64,000 bases of DNA from Longimicrobiales bacterium. GTDB lineage: Bacteria > Gemmatimonadota > Gemmatimonadetes > Longimicrobiales > Gaopeijiaceae. This document shows, one piece after another, positions 40,970-52,083 of this stretch. The DNA is taken from assembly GCA_965226375.1 (NCBI GenBank), contig CBDDCX010000007.1, forward strand, positions 626,336 to 690,335, read 5' to 3'. Under the pieces are notes generated by a model. It worked only from the letters and a program-made list of their open reading frames with translations, did not search any database and was not told where the DNA came from. How positions within the stretch are numbered: the stretch's first letter is position 1; every line of letters starts with the position of its first letter. Both the position numbers and the translations under genes were made by a program.

Positions 40970-41489
40970 CCGCTACCGATTTCTGGAACACGGCATCGGA
41001 TACCAGTTCGAATCTGACGAAATAGTGAGGGTCGACTCTGAGTTTCTCCACCAAGAGGCCGTGAGGCCAGCGTTGCAGATTCTCGGTGAGAAGCACTACG
41101 CAGGTGCGAACGCAGAATTCCGGAAGGCCCACGATCATTACCGCCACCAGCGGTACGGCGAGACGGTCAACGAATGCCTGAAGGCGTTAGAGAGCACCTT
41201 GAAGGTCATCTGCAAGAAGAGACAGTGGTTTTTCCAAGAGACGGTTACGGTACAGCCACTTCTCCAGATTGTCTTCGAACAGGAACTCGTTCCTAACTAC
41301 CTGCAGAGCAAGTTCTCTGGTTTGCGGTCCATACTGGAAAGTGGCGTCCCGGCCATCCGAAACCGGGAAGGCGGTCATGGGGCCGGAACGGAACCCCGCA
41401 GCATCCCCCAGCACCTTGCGGCCTACGTCCTGCACCTGACAGCGTCGGCCATCGTCTTCCTATCGCAATGCGATGAGACGCTGAGGTAG
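40970..41489 (+). pseudogene. C-terminal fragment of an STM4504/CBY_0614-like (AbiJ/Abi_C-related) protein
   Basis: 'RFLEHGIGYQF..RVDSEFLHQE', 'ECLKALESTLKVIC' and HEPN-like 'RNREGGHG'; no credible N-terminus. Confidence 0.65.
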
Positions 41490-41550
41490 AATCAGACTCC
41501 CGATCCCCTCGGAGATCGTCGAGGGGATCGGTCCCCCGGCCTGGGAGGCG

Positions 41551-41778
41551 TCACCCGTACCCGCGGCCGTGCAGGAACCGCTGGGCCAAGGGCTTCGCCC
41601 ATTCGACCGCCTCGGGTCCGTGGTCGCCGTCGGCGCATTCCCGGAGGTAGGCAAGCGTCTGCGGGCTTCGCAGCATCTCGCCCAGCACAAGCCGCAGCCA
41701 CGGGCTGTCGTGCGTCTCCAAGTACGCCTCGACCGCCTCCCACTTCCGCTCGTCCTCGCCTCCGCATCGCTCCATCAT
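41551..41778 (-). CDS. Small hypothetical protein
   Basis: Protein-like ORF (MMERCGGEDERKWEAVEAYLE..) with an AGGCGAG RBS-like site. It converges on a hairpin at ~41500-41532. Confidence 0.35.
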   Translation of the reverse strand: MMERCGGEDERKWEAVEAYLETHDSPWLRLVLGEMLRSPQTLAYLRECADGDHGPEAVEWAKPLAQRFLHGRGYG

Positions 41779-41904
41779 CGTCTCGCCTACGTGAGTCGGG
41801 TTAGAATCGCGTATACGGCCCCTCGGGCCTCCCGATGGCCTTCCGTCCCGGTTCCGAGAGAAAAAGCTGGAGGGACGGCCCGGATCCTGAAACGTACACT
41901 CTCG

Positions 41905-43474
41905 ATACCCTCTCTGCCAACTTAGGTGAGACACGGAGCACGCAAAGAATTAGAGTAGGGCGAAGGCAGAGAAAACGAACATGTTGGGACTGCGAGAGAG
42001 AATGGCAGAGAATGGTAGTGCCCCTGGAACCGGGGAGGCCAAGCGAAGCGCGGCAGCTCCTGCGGACCCGGAGGTAGTAGATAGGCCGCTACGGCGGCGG
42101 TTCAGTCCGTCGTACAAGCTGCGGATCGTCGAAGAAGCGGACCGGTGCACCGAGCCCGGCGAGGTGGGTCAAGTCCTGCGGCGAGAGGGCCTGTACTCGT
42201 CGCACCTGACGACGTGGCGCAAGGCGGCGCATAGCGGGTCGCTGAAGGCCCTGTCGAAGAAACGCGGCCGCAAGCCGGAGCGAAATCCGCTGGATGAGAA
42301 GGTACGCAAGCTGGAGCGGCGAAACGCACGGCTCGGGAATGAGCTCAGGAAGGCACACCTGATCATCGACGTGCAGGGAAAAGTTGCGGGGCTGCTGGGG
42401 ATAAGCCTCGACGACGGGACAAACTCTTGAAGGCGGCCGATGAGCTGGCTAAGCACGTCGGTGTAAAACCGGCGTGCGCGGCCCTCGAGGTCTCCCGATC
42501 GACGTTGTACCGTCGTCGAGGCCCATCAACCGGGCAACAGCAGCCCCGCCCGACGCCCGCCCGGGCATTGAGCGAGACGGAACGAGGCGAGGTCTTCGAC
42601 ACGCTGTGTTCGGAGCGGTTCGTGGACCGCTCACCCGCCGAGGTGGTGGCCACGCTGCTCGACGAAGAGGTCTACCTGTGCAGCGAACGCACGATGTATC
42701 GTGTTCTGGCCTCCGAGGTGCCGGTTCAGGAACGCCGGGCGCAGCGCACCCATCCCGAGTACAAGAAGCCCGAGTTGATGGCCACGGCGCCGAACCAGGT
42801 GTGGTCCTGGGATATCACGCGGCTGCTCGGGCCGAAGAAGTGGAGCTATTACTACCTCTATGTCATCATGGACATCTACAGCCGCTACGTCGTGGGCTGG
42901 ATGGTGGCGGACCGGGAGAACTCGGCCCTGGCCGGCCGGTTGATCCAGCAGAGCTGCCTGAAGCATGGCGTCCAGCCCCGGGTCCTGACCCTGCACTCGG
43001 ATCGGGGAGCTCCAATGACGAGCCAATGCACCGCTCAACTTCTCGCTGACCTCGGCGTGACCCGCTCGTTGAGCCGGCCTCAGGTGTCGGATGACAACCC
43101 GTTTTCCGAGGCTCAGTTCAAAACCTTGAAGTACCATCCCTCGTTTCCCGGACGGTTCGGGGATCAGGGCCAAGCCAAGACGTTCTGTCGATCGTTCTTC
43201 CGCTGGTACAATGCCGAGCACCGCCATGGCGGCATCTCGATGCTAACCCCCGAGCAGGTCCACTTCGGGAACGCCGATCAGGTCATTGCCGGCAGGAAAT
43301 CCGTGCTCCGCGAAGCATGGGCCGCTCATCCCGAACGCTTCGTCAGAGGTGTGCCGAAGCCCAAACCGCTCCCGGAGGCCGTCTTCATCAATCCTCCCAT
43401 CCCTTCCCTCACCACACAGGACATTGCTCTCTAATTAATCCCGTAGAGTGTCCCATTGTCGTTGACAGGTTCCG
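41905..43474 (+). mobile_element. IS3-family insertion sequence, copy 2 (orfA 42002-42430, orfB 42427-43434)
   Basis: Diverged isoform of 14613-16182 with the same DDE motifs and the same ends. Confidence 0.9.
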
Positions 43475-43823
43475 GAACGAGGCCGTCGCACTACTCCGAG
43501 ATGAGCTCAAATCGGGATCGAAGTCAGTGCAATCACTACAGGCTACAGCGCGTTCGGCGGGAGTCAGTTGGCGCACGCTGGAGCGTGCCAAAGCATCACT
43601 CAGTGTGAAGTCCGTGAAGCGTGGCTTCGACGATGGGGGATGGGTCTGGCAACTGCCGGATGAAGACCGCCAAGTATTGTGGCGCTCTTCGAAGAATCAG
43701 GAGGCGGCGGTCTTCGACCAAAGCGCGGGGTTAAGCCAACAACCGGGTGCTGACGACCACGAAGACCGCCAAACCGAGTCCCTGGCGGACTTGGCGGCGA
43801 CGGAATCAAGCTCTGGATGCTGA
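43475..43823 (+). pseudogene. C-terminal remnant of a phage/satellite-type primase-helicase (winged-helix tail)
   Basis: 'EAVALLRDELKSG..ARSAGVSWRTLERAKASLSVKSVKRGF..GWVWQLP', followed by iteron-like repeats; the 5' part is removed by the IS3. Confidence 0.55.
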
Positions 43824-43979
43824 CGAAACGGGTGGATTTCGTCATGGCAGTCAGGGATCTGACCGCCTAATGGGTAATTAGTAGGTCGTGAGGTAATGCC
43901 CGTGACATAAGGGCTCTCGGACCTAGTGTGTCAGATGTGTGCACAAATCCGCATGCAATCGGAGAAACGAGGAGGAGCT

Positions 43980-44948
43980 GTGAGCGCTCGAGGACAGATC
44001 ATCGACAAGGGCCGAAATCGCTGGATGGTGCGGGCTCCTCTCGGCCGCGAGCCCGGGACGGGCAAGCGGCTCTATCACTCGCGCACCGTTCACGGCACGA
44101 AGCGCGATGCCCAGCAGTACCTCACTAGGGTGTTACGTGAGCTCGACGATGGGACACATGTCGAACAGAGTCGAGTCACGGTGGGTGAATGCCTAACAGA
44201 ATGGCTCGAGATGGTGGCCCAGCCTCGCGTGTCCGCTCGCACGCTCGAGGACTACCGCGGAAACCTCCGGCGCTACATCCTCCCTCTCCTTGGCAAGCGC
44301 CGTCTCCAGGCGCTCCGTCCCTTCGAGATCCAGCAGGCTTACGCCGGGATGCTCCAGCGTGGTCTGTCTGCCCGGACGGTGAAGGCCACGCACGCGCCCT
44401 TGCGATCTGCGCTCGAGAACGCCGTCAAATGGCGACTGATCTCGCACAACCCGGCCAAGCTCGTCGATCTTCCCAAGCAATCGCGATCTGAGCGTCCAGT
44501 GTTCAGCGCTGAGGAGGCCAAAGTCTTCTTAGAGCAGGCGCAGAGCGACCGATTCAACACACTCTGGGTCGTGCTCCTCACGACCGGGCTCCGGACGGGC
44601 GAGGCACTCGGACTCAAGTGGGACGACTTGGAGGGAGATCGGCTGCGAATCCGCCGTTCGTTGACAAGGACCGCCAACGGAGGATGGGAACTCACCGAGC
44701 CCAAGACCCCACAGAGCCGTCGCTCAGTGACCCTACCGACGTCGGCAGTGGCGTCGCTGGCGGGTCACCGTTCGGGTCAGGCCCGCGACAAGCTGAGACT
44801 CGGCCCCGGATACCAGGATCATGACTTGATCTTCTGCACGTCACACGGTACGCCGCTCGACATGCCAGGCATCACGCGTCGTCATTTCTATCCGCTGCTC
44901 GAGGCCGCCGGCCTTCCACGAATCCGCGTGTACGATCTGCGGCATACG
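43980..44948 (+). pseudogene. Tyrosine integrase (ICEBs1/phage type), C-terminus lost at the IS256
   Basis: GGAGGAG RBS, 'TTGLRTGEALGLKWDD', 'PKTPQSRR', 'RIRVYDLRHT', then the IS end; the catalytic His/Tyr region is missing. Confidence 0.9.
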
Positions 44949-46325
44949 GGTAGTGTCCCTAGATTTGTGTAAAAGCGGATAAGCTGGACAGGAGGGAAAG
45001 AAAAACGGAAGCTCCTCTGTTGTTGTTCACTGTCACATGAACCCGGGAGGCCGGGTCTGCAGAGCAGGCTCGGAACCGGAGAGGAGCTTCCGATGCAAGA
45101 GATTGTGGAGATCGGTCGGGCCACGCAAGACGAGCTACGCGATGATTTGCGCGAGCTGTTTCAAGGCGCGATCCGGCTGACGCTCGAGATGGTGCTGGAA
45201 GAGGAGCTGAAGGCTATGGTAGGTGCACGCCGCTTCGAGCGGGTGGGAAGCCGGAAGGACCATAGGAACGGCACATACCTGAGGCGGCTGCTGACGAGCC
45301 TGGGACAGATCGAGGTCGCCATGCCCCGGAGCCGGGACAACGGTTCGCCGGCCGACGTGATCGGCCGCTACCAGCGCAGGAGCCCCGAGCTCGACGAGAT
45401 GATGGTCGAGGCGTATGTGAGCGGCGTGTCACAGCGCAAGATGGGCGACGTCACCGAGGCGCTGATGGGCGAGCGTGTCGGGCGCTCGACGGTGAGTCGT
45501 GTGGCAAAACGGCTCGACGAGGCCGTGGAAGGGCTGCGCCGTGCGCCGATCGAGGGGCCTCACCCCTATCTGTACCTGGACGCCACGTTCTTGGACGCCC
45601 GCTGGGCCCGCAAAGTCGAGAACGTGAGTGCGCTCGTGGCGTATGCAGTGGGCCCTGAGGGTCACCGACGGCTCCTGGCCGTCACGCTGGGCGCTGAGGA
45701 GTCGCAGCAGAGCTGGTCGGAGCTCCTCGAGCAACTCCAGGACCGCGGCCTCGGCGGTGTCGAGCTCGTGATCGCCGATGAGCACGCAGGCCTGGCAGCT
45801 GCGGTCCGCCGCTTCCTGCCCGAGGCACGCCGTCAGAGGTGTACGGTCCATCTGCAGCGTAATGTGGGGGCGAGGGTCCCCCACCGCCTACGCAAGCGCG
45901 TGGCGCGTGAGGTCTCGGTGATCTTCCAGACATCCGGACTCGCCGAGGCGAAGAAGCTCCTGGGCGAGTTCGGCGCACGCTGGAAGAAGGAGCTGCCCGA
46001 GGCCGTGGAGGTCCTGGAGCGGGGCTTCGGGGCAGCGACGCAGTTCTACGCGTTCCCCGAGGCGCACTGGCCCCGGCTGCGTACCACCAACAGCCTCGAG
46101 CGGCTGCACGGCGAGATCAAACGCAGGATCCAAGGCCGCCGGCGCCTTCCCGGACCGGGCCAGCGCCCTCAGGCTCATCACGGCCGTCGCACTCAGGACC
46201 ACACACGTCTGGGGCGACCGGCGTTACCTCGACCTCTCACTCCTCCAGAAACAGGAGGTCGCCCAAGCAGCCTAGCCGAAGGCGAGGAGCTTCCTCCGCT
46301 TTTACACACAAATCGGGACTTGACC
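44949..46325 (+). mobile_element. IS256-family element (transposase 45093-46275, frameshift near 46132)
   Basis: IRs GGTAGTGTCCCTAGATTTGTGTAAAAGCGGA / TCCGCTTTTACACACAAATCGGGACTTGACC; 'YLYLDAT', 'IADEHAGL', 'QRCTVH', 'RTTNSLERLHGEIKRR'. Confidence 0.92.
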
Positions 46326-46574
46326 TGCGAAGAGGCGGTCTGGCGGCACCTGCGCTACCGCGTCGGAAGGCAGTGGCGCGGGCGTCGACCGAGGTGTGCT
46401 CCGGCAAACTGGGAGGAACTCCAAGAGGCGAAGGAGCATCGGCCGCATGATCCAGCCGCTGGCCAGGGTTCGCGCGACATCGTGCACACTGTTGGCACAC
46501 TTTTCACCCCAGACAACCAAAGGGCCGACACCCGCCAATGGCGTAAGTGTCGGCCCCTCTTAGCCTTCCACCAG

Positions 46575-46617
46575 TGCCCCGCCAGGGACTCGAACCCCGA
46601 ACCTACTGATTAAGAGT
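46575..46617 (-). tRNA. 3' fragment of tRNA-Lys(CTT), att-site type, not a complete gene
   Basis: Minus strand ACTCTTAATCAGTAGGTTCGGGGTTCGAGTCCCTGGCGGGGCA gives the anticodon loop CTT, the T-arm GTTCGAG and the acceptor 3' strand; no D-arm or 5' half. Confidence 0.85.
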
Positions 46618-47049
46618 TCTTCGTCAAAGCACCCGAGGGTAATGGGTCCGAAGTAGACTTGCCACAGAGCGGGACCGATGGGTTCGAGGGCGATGAACTC
46701 GTTGCCCAGAGCCGAACTGATGTTGATCCAACGCGAGTGCCAGCGGATCCCTCCGTTTGTAGAGACCTTTCGGACCTCGAAGTGCTCAGGGTACGCGAGA
46801 GGTGGGAGGACGTCGGGGTAGGCTCTAGGGGCAGATTGATAGACTGAGTCGGGAGTCGCATCGTCGAGAGCCTCGTGCGGCCGGATGTGATTGAAGGTAT
46901 GGCGGAATTCGTCGAAGTGGCGCTGCTGGGCACTGAGGTTGGCCTTCGGCGGCCGAGTGGCTTCCCGCTTGAGGGTTCTATGCATTCGCTCGTGTCGGCC
47001 GTTTTGCTGCGGCTTTCCAGGCTCGATGGTCTCAGGACGGATGCCGAGC
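46618..47049 (-). pseudogene. IS481-family transposase fragment
   Basis: 'ERMHRTLKRE', 'FNHIRPHEAL', 'EVRKVSTNGGIRW'. Confidence 0.8.
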
Positions 47050-47179
47050 TGACCTGACCCCCTGAAACGAGACCAGGTTGCAATGTTAGGATCGACCTGG
47101 TCTGAAGCTTTTCAGCGAGGTCCGCACCGAGAAGCCCGCGAATACTTCCGCCTTTCCGATTGAGGTATAGTATATAGAG

Positions 47180-47480
47180 AGGCAATCGCAACGGTGGTGG
47201 CTGCCAACGAAGCGAAGGTCAGAGAAGCGATCGCGACGGTGGTAGCTGCTAACGAAGCGAGGGTCAGAGAAGCGACGGCAGCAGCGATAAGGGTCAGAGA
47301 AGCGATCGAGATGGTAGCTGCCAACGAAGCGAGGGTCAGAGAAGCGATCGCAGAAATAGTAGCTGCCAACGAAGCGAGGGCCAGAGAAGCGACGGCGGCA
47401 ATGGCGGCTGCGAACGAAGCGAGGGCCAGAGAAGCGACGGCGGCGGTTGTAGCTGCCAACGAAGCGATCGCAGCGATGGT
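47180..47480 (+). repeat. Degenerate ~45-bp tandem repeat; can encode a 15-aa Ala-rich coiled coil
   Basis: Unit GCTGCCAACGAAGCGAGGGTCAGAGAAGCGATCGCGACGGTGGTA repeated ~6-7 times; frame reads (VAANEARVREAIATV)n. Confidence 0.85.
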
Positions 47481-47549
47481 ATCCCGTCAACGAAGTGCAG
47501 ACCCGATAAGCGATTGGGTATAACCCCTTTTTACAGGAGCACGATTCGA

Positions 47550-47735
47550 ATGTCATCACCACTTCAGAAGCCAGGTGAGATCCCTGAACGACCCGGTGAA
47601 TACATCGAACGCGGGAAACGCGGAGGCAAGGTTTCGGACCCCCGTGAGGTTACGATTGAACCGGGCGATAAGCCCTTGCCGCCGACCCAGGAGCCAGATC
47701 GCAAGTGGGAACGCATTGGACCTCCCAAGCCTTAG
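47550..47735 (+). CDS. YjzC-like small protein
   Basis: AGGAG RBS; 'KPGE..PGEYIERGKRGGKV..REVTIEPGDKPLPPTQ..RKW'. Confidence 0.75.
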   Translation: MSSPLQKPGEIPERPGEYIERGKRGGKVSDPREVTIEPGDKPLPPTQEPDRKWERIGPPKP

Positions 47736-48189
47736 CAAGGTCCGTAAAGACAGTCACAATCAATACCGACAAGGACGCACCGGTGTTAGAGTCGGCCGTC
47801 CTCACATCTTGGAAGTTTATGGTCGGCACTCAGAGCGTGGAAGTGCCAAGGACACTAGAACAGACATCGAACATCGAGAGCGCCATGACACCGAACGCCC
47901 GTTTCACCGAATTCATCACGGACATCACGCCGAGCCAGACGACGGTGACGAACTGCCAGAACGCGCATAACAGCGTTCTATGAAAGAGAGTGTCAAGGCC
48001 GGGCTCCGCCCCGGCTGTCTGCGAAGCCGTGTTGGGCTTGGCACTCAGCCTCCGCTTGGCTGGAATGACCGGATCGTCAGGGAGCGGTGTGCTGGATGAG
48101 TCAGTCTTCGTGTCGGCCACGATGATCCTCACTTGGATGGTCGATCCGTCTGGACTTGATTGAGTGGACCTAGGTCGTACGACGCGAAC

Positions 48190-49040
48190 CATGGTTCTAT
48201 CTGAGACTCAGCCTCGGGGCCGGCCTGACACTTCTTCGGGTTCTGCGGAAGGGCCTGGAGTTAGGATCGTGCCTCGGCATGACTGCGAGCCGGGCGTACG
48301 GATTTGCTTGAGACTGCCTCCCGCACCGTCGTCCAGGGATTCGACGTTCCAAGGGATCGAAGGTCATGCGCTGCACCCCTACACCCTAGGACGATGAACC
48401 CCCCTCAATGTTTGGGGTCGACTCAGCTGCGTCGGATCAAAGACTTCTCCGGTTTTGAGTAGACGAAGGGTGAGCGCTGCGAGCTTGCGAGCCAGCGTCA
48501 CACGGGCGAGCTCCTCGCGCATCCCGCGCTCGAGCATTCGGTTATAGAAGTCCAGGAATGGGCCCGGACGTCCAATGGCTACGTTGGCGGCGCCCTTGAA
48601 GACATTCTTGAGGACTCGATTGTGGTTGCGGTTCAACCCTCGAGTGAGCGGAGGGCGCCGCCGCCGGCGAGGACGCCCATCGAACAACTCGTAGTCGGAG
48701 CTCGAGCGCGTGACCACGGCGAGTCCGGCATAGGCCCACAGGTTGCGCTTCGTGCGGAAGCGCCACGGCGTACCCATGGTTGCTAGCAACAGTGCGATAC
48801 GCACGGGCCCAAAGTAGGGGATCGTCTCGAGCAACCCCGAAGGCCGGATCACGCTTCGCCTCGGCGACCATGGCCGCCTTGGTCTTCTTGCGCTGAGCCC
48901 GAAGCACATCGAGCTGAGCGTACAGGGTCTCGGCTCGTAGACGAGCTCCTCCCTCCGGTAGCTGCGCGAGCCAGGCGCCGCGCTGCTTCGGCTGGTAGAC
49001 TCCGCCGCCCGTGGTTCGGATCGCCCGCGCACGGGAAGAG
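48190..49040 (-). mobile_element. IS110-family fragment (frameshifted transposase C-terminus plus downstream non-coding end)
   Basis: 'LLETIPYFGPVR', 'LWAYAGLAVVTRSS', 'NRVLKNVFKGAA', 'ARVTLARKLA'; truncated by the IS at 49041. Confidence 0.75.
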
Positions 49041-50388
49041 TTTAGCGCCCCCGATTTCTCTGGACAGTAGATTGGCAAAGACAGCGGGTCCAGAGAGAAA
49101 GGGACGTGATGGCCCAGAAGCCGAGGGAGAACAAGGCGACCGCAGGTCGTGAGAAGGTACCCGAGCGGTGGAGTGCCCAGCAGAAAACGGAGGTGGTGCT
49201 GCGCCTGCTACGGGGTGAGGACCTGGTGGAGGTCAGCCGCGAGGTACAGGTCTCACCGCCGGAGCTGGAGGAATGGCGGCGGGTGTTCCTGGAGACCGGT
49301 CAGCAGGGACTGAGACGCCGGGGCCGAGACCCTGGAGAACGGGAGCTGACCCGGACCCGGGCGAAGCTGGGAGAGTTGACGATGCGACTGGAGCTTGCGA
49401 GAGAACTCCTGGAAAAAAGGGGGTACGGGGACGAGCTGGAGAAGCTCTTGAAGCGCGGACGCGGGTGAGTCCGGGGACAGGGCGGCTCTACCCTCTGACG
49501 ATGATCTGCGAGGTCTGGCGGGTGGGGCGCTCGACGGTCTACGCGGCCCGAGATCGAGAAGAGAGCGACGGGCCGGCAGGGCTGAAGAAGCGCGGACCGA
49601 AGACGAAGCTGAGCGACGAGGAGTTGGTGGAGGAGATCCGACAGGTGCTGAAGGAGAGCGACTTCCTGGGCGAAGGCCACCGGAAGGTCCGGGCCCGTCT
49701 GAGAGCCAAGGGGATCGGTGTGGGCAAGAACCGCGTGCTGCGGCTGATGCGGGAGAATGGGCTGCTGGCCCCCGTACGGCGCGGAAAGCACCCGCGTGGG
49801 GACCGGAGCCACAGCGGCCGGATCACGACGGATGTGCCGAACGAGCTGTGGGGTACGGACGCGACGCGGTTCTACACGAAGGAGGATGGGTGGTGCTGGT
49901 TCTTCGTGGCGGTGGATCACTGCATCACAGACGTGGTGGGCTGGCACGTGGCGAAGAAGGGCGATCGGTGGGCAGCGCTCGAGCCGATCCGCCAGGGTGT
50001 ACGAACCCACATGGACGGCTACGCGCCCAAGATCGCTCTGGGGCTCGGCCTACGGCACGACTGGGGCCCTCAGTACACCGCCCATCAGTTCCAAGGAGAG
50101 CTGGCCTGGCTCGGGATCCGCTCGACGGCCTCGTACGTAGGAGAGCCGGAGTGCAACGGCGTCGCGGAACGCTTCATGCGGACGCTGAAGGAAGAGTGCC
50201 TGTACCTCCACGACTTCGAGAGCCTCGAGGAGGCCAGGCAGGAGATCGATGCGTTCATCGAACGCTACAACCGCGGGTGGCTCCTGGAGCGGCACGGGTA
50301 TCGGACCCCGGCCCAGGTCCGTCAGGAGCTCACCCTGAAGGCGGCATGATTAGGCCGCCGACTTGTCCAGGAAACCGGAACCGGTACA
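49041..50388 (+). mobile_element. IS3-family element (orfA 49106-49468, orfB to 50349, A6G slippery site 49413-49419)
   Basis: IRs TTTAGCGCCCCCGATTTCTCTGGACA / TGTCCAGGAAACCGGAACCGGTACA; 'LWGTDAT', 'LRHDWGPQY', 'NGVAERFMRTLKEE'. Confidence 0.9.
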
Positions 50389-50683
50389 GGCTGGAGACGG
50401 CACTTTCGATCTCGCCGCCCACAAGCCAGCTCCCCGGGAGCTCCAAGAGTAGCCCGACCGAGAGGTTGCCGGCGAGGGCGAGGCCCGAAGAGGACGATGT
50501 GCTTGAACTCGATCCCCCCTGGATGGTTACTTCCTTGGTGTGTTCGACCGTAATCCGGCCTACCTCGGGAGCCAGGCGCACAAAGAAGACGGACTGCGCG
50601 TGGGCTTCGCCTGCCCCAATGCACAGGCTGGCAACCGCCAGCAAGCCAATCAACGCCCCTAGTCCACGCTCGTGAGTTTCCAA
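50389..50683 (-). pseudogene. Outer-membrane beta-barrel-like protein, N-terminus only (cut by the IS3)
   Basis: Signal peptide ending AHA-Q followed by amphipathic beta strands. Confidence 0.45.
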
Positions 50684-52083
50684 GATGCTTCGACTCTATT
50701 TCCAGTGAACCATGATTGATCGAGACACCGAGTGGCGGGGGGACCGGGCGGCGATGGAGGCCCGAATCGGGGAGCAACTGGAGCGCATGGGGGCGCGGAT
50801 CGTAGACCGGGTGCGGGAGGACCGGGCGGCGATCCTGGAGGCCTTGGCCACCCCAAGGGATCGCCCGGGAGCCTAGTAGTGGACCCTGACTTTGTTCGGC
50901 CGTGGAATAAGGGCTACTTGGTCTGGTGTGTGGGGCTGCTGGGAGGCATGTTGGCGTTAGAGCCGGTTGTTCGTGTGGCTTGTGAGGCGGTTCTCGACGG
51001 CCGCACGCCGCGCCCGCTCGCGCTCGTTAGGCGGTGTGTTGGGGTAATGGAAGTACAGGGGGGGGAGCTCAGTGGAGACTCTTACTTTTGGTGGTGGATC
51101 CTCCCGATGGGGCTACTGTGGTGGGGATGGGCGTTTTGGGACTCGTGGCGGAGGCCCTGAGCCGCGCTATTCGCGACGTTCTCCCACCTGCGGCGGACGC
51201 TCTTCTGCGTGGAACGCTGGCCGCTCGGCCCCGAGCCTCGGTTGAACGGTTCGGAAATCATCTCGCGGGCCTCTGATGGGATAGCAGCCCGTGGTAGAAG
51301 CAGGGCTCAGTCTTCGCAAGTCCCGATGGGACAACGACTTGGCTACACCTTGCGAGAGACGTGTATCACCTGGTGTGTCCGAAGGATCTAAACCGTGTTA
51401 CCCTTTGGGTTTACAACAGAAACGGAGAAGGATCTAGAGGCTCGACCCCAGCATGATAGACGGCTTTGCCGTGTGGCGTTCGAGTCCGCTTCCCGGAGGT
51501 GGTTTTGACAACCGGTCGCGGGGGCCGATGCCGATCCACGGGTGCCCATCCGACATCAGGAGTGGAGGGACACGAAATCGCCCTTCCGATGGGCACGCCG
51601 ACCGTTCCACAAGTCGCTGGGCGCCTTGCGGTTACACTGCGGCCACCGGACCGGCAGTGCCGCGCCGGAACCTGCGGCCGTGACCGGAGCGACCCCGGTT
51701 TCGATGCCTCGATCGGCATCGCGGAGGGTTGGCATGTGAACACCCATACCACCGTCCGCCGGGGGTCGCTCCCCTCCAGCAATCTCCGGACTGCCTCCGG
51801 AAAATCTATAACACATGTGATATATAGCACTTACACATTCCGTGACTTTGCTCGTCCCCCCATTTCATCCGCCGTATTGAATCGGTTTTCGACGGCCCTT
51901 CGTGGATCTGAATGGATGGCCATCGCCTGCGCCTCCGTCCTTCCCGTACCCGACGGGCCGGACAGCCCGACCGCTGTTGCCATCGCAACCAAAGGCAACC
52001 TGCGCGACCTAGTGCGACCTAGATATAGATACGTCATGCACCGATTAGCGAGCGTACAGCCGAGAAATGGTCGCGGTGTTGAT

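Noticed and set aside
44941..46333. Simple IS256 insertion into the integrase with a target duplication
   Set aside because: The flanks GGCATACG and TGCGAAGA differ and the integrase does not resume after the IS, so an adjacent deletion is more likely.
46575..46650. Functional tRNA-Lys gene
   Set aside because: The 5' acceptor strand and D-arm are absent.
47180..47480. CRISPR array
   Set aside because: The units are contiguous and degenerate with no unique spacers, indels preserve frame, and no cas genes are present.
50732..52060. Coding genes in the 50.7-52 kb interval
   Set aside because: The ORFs lack recognisable motifs or good starts and look like fragments.
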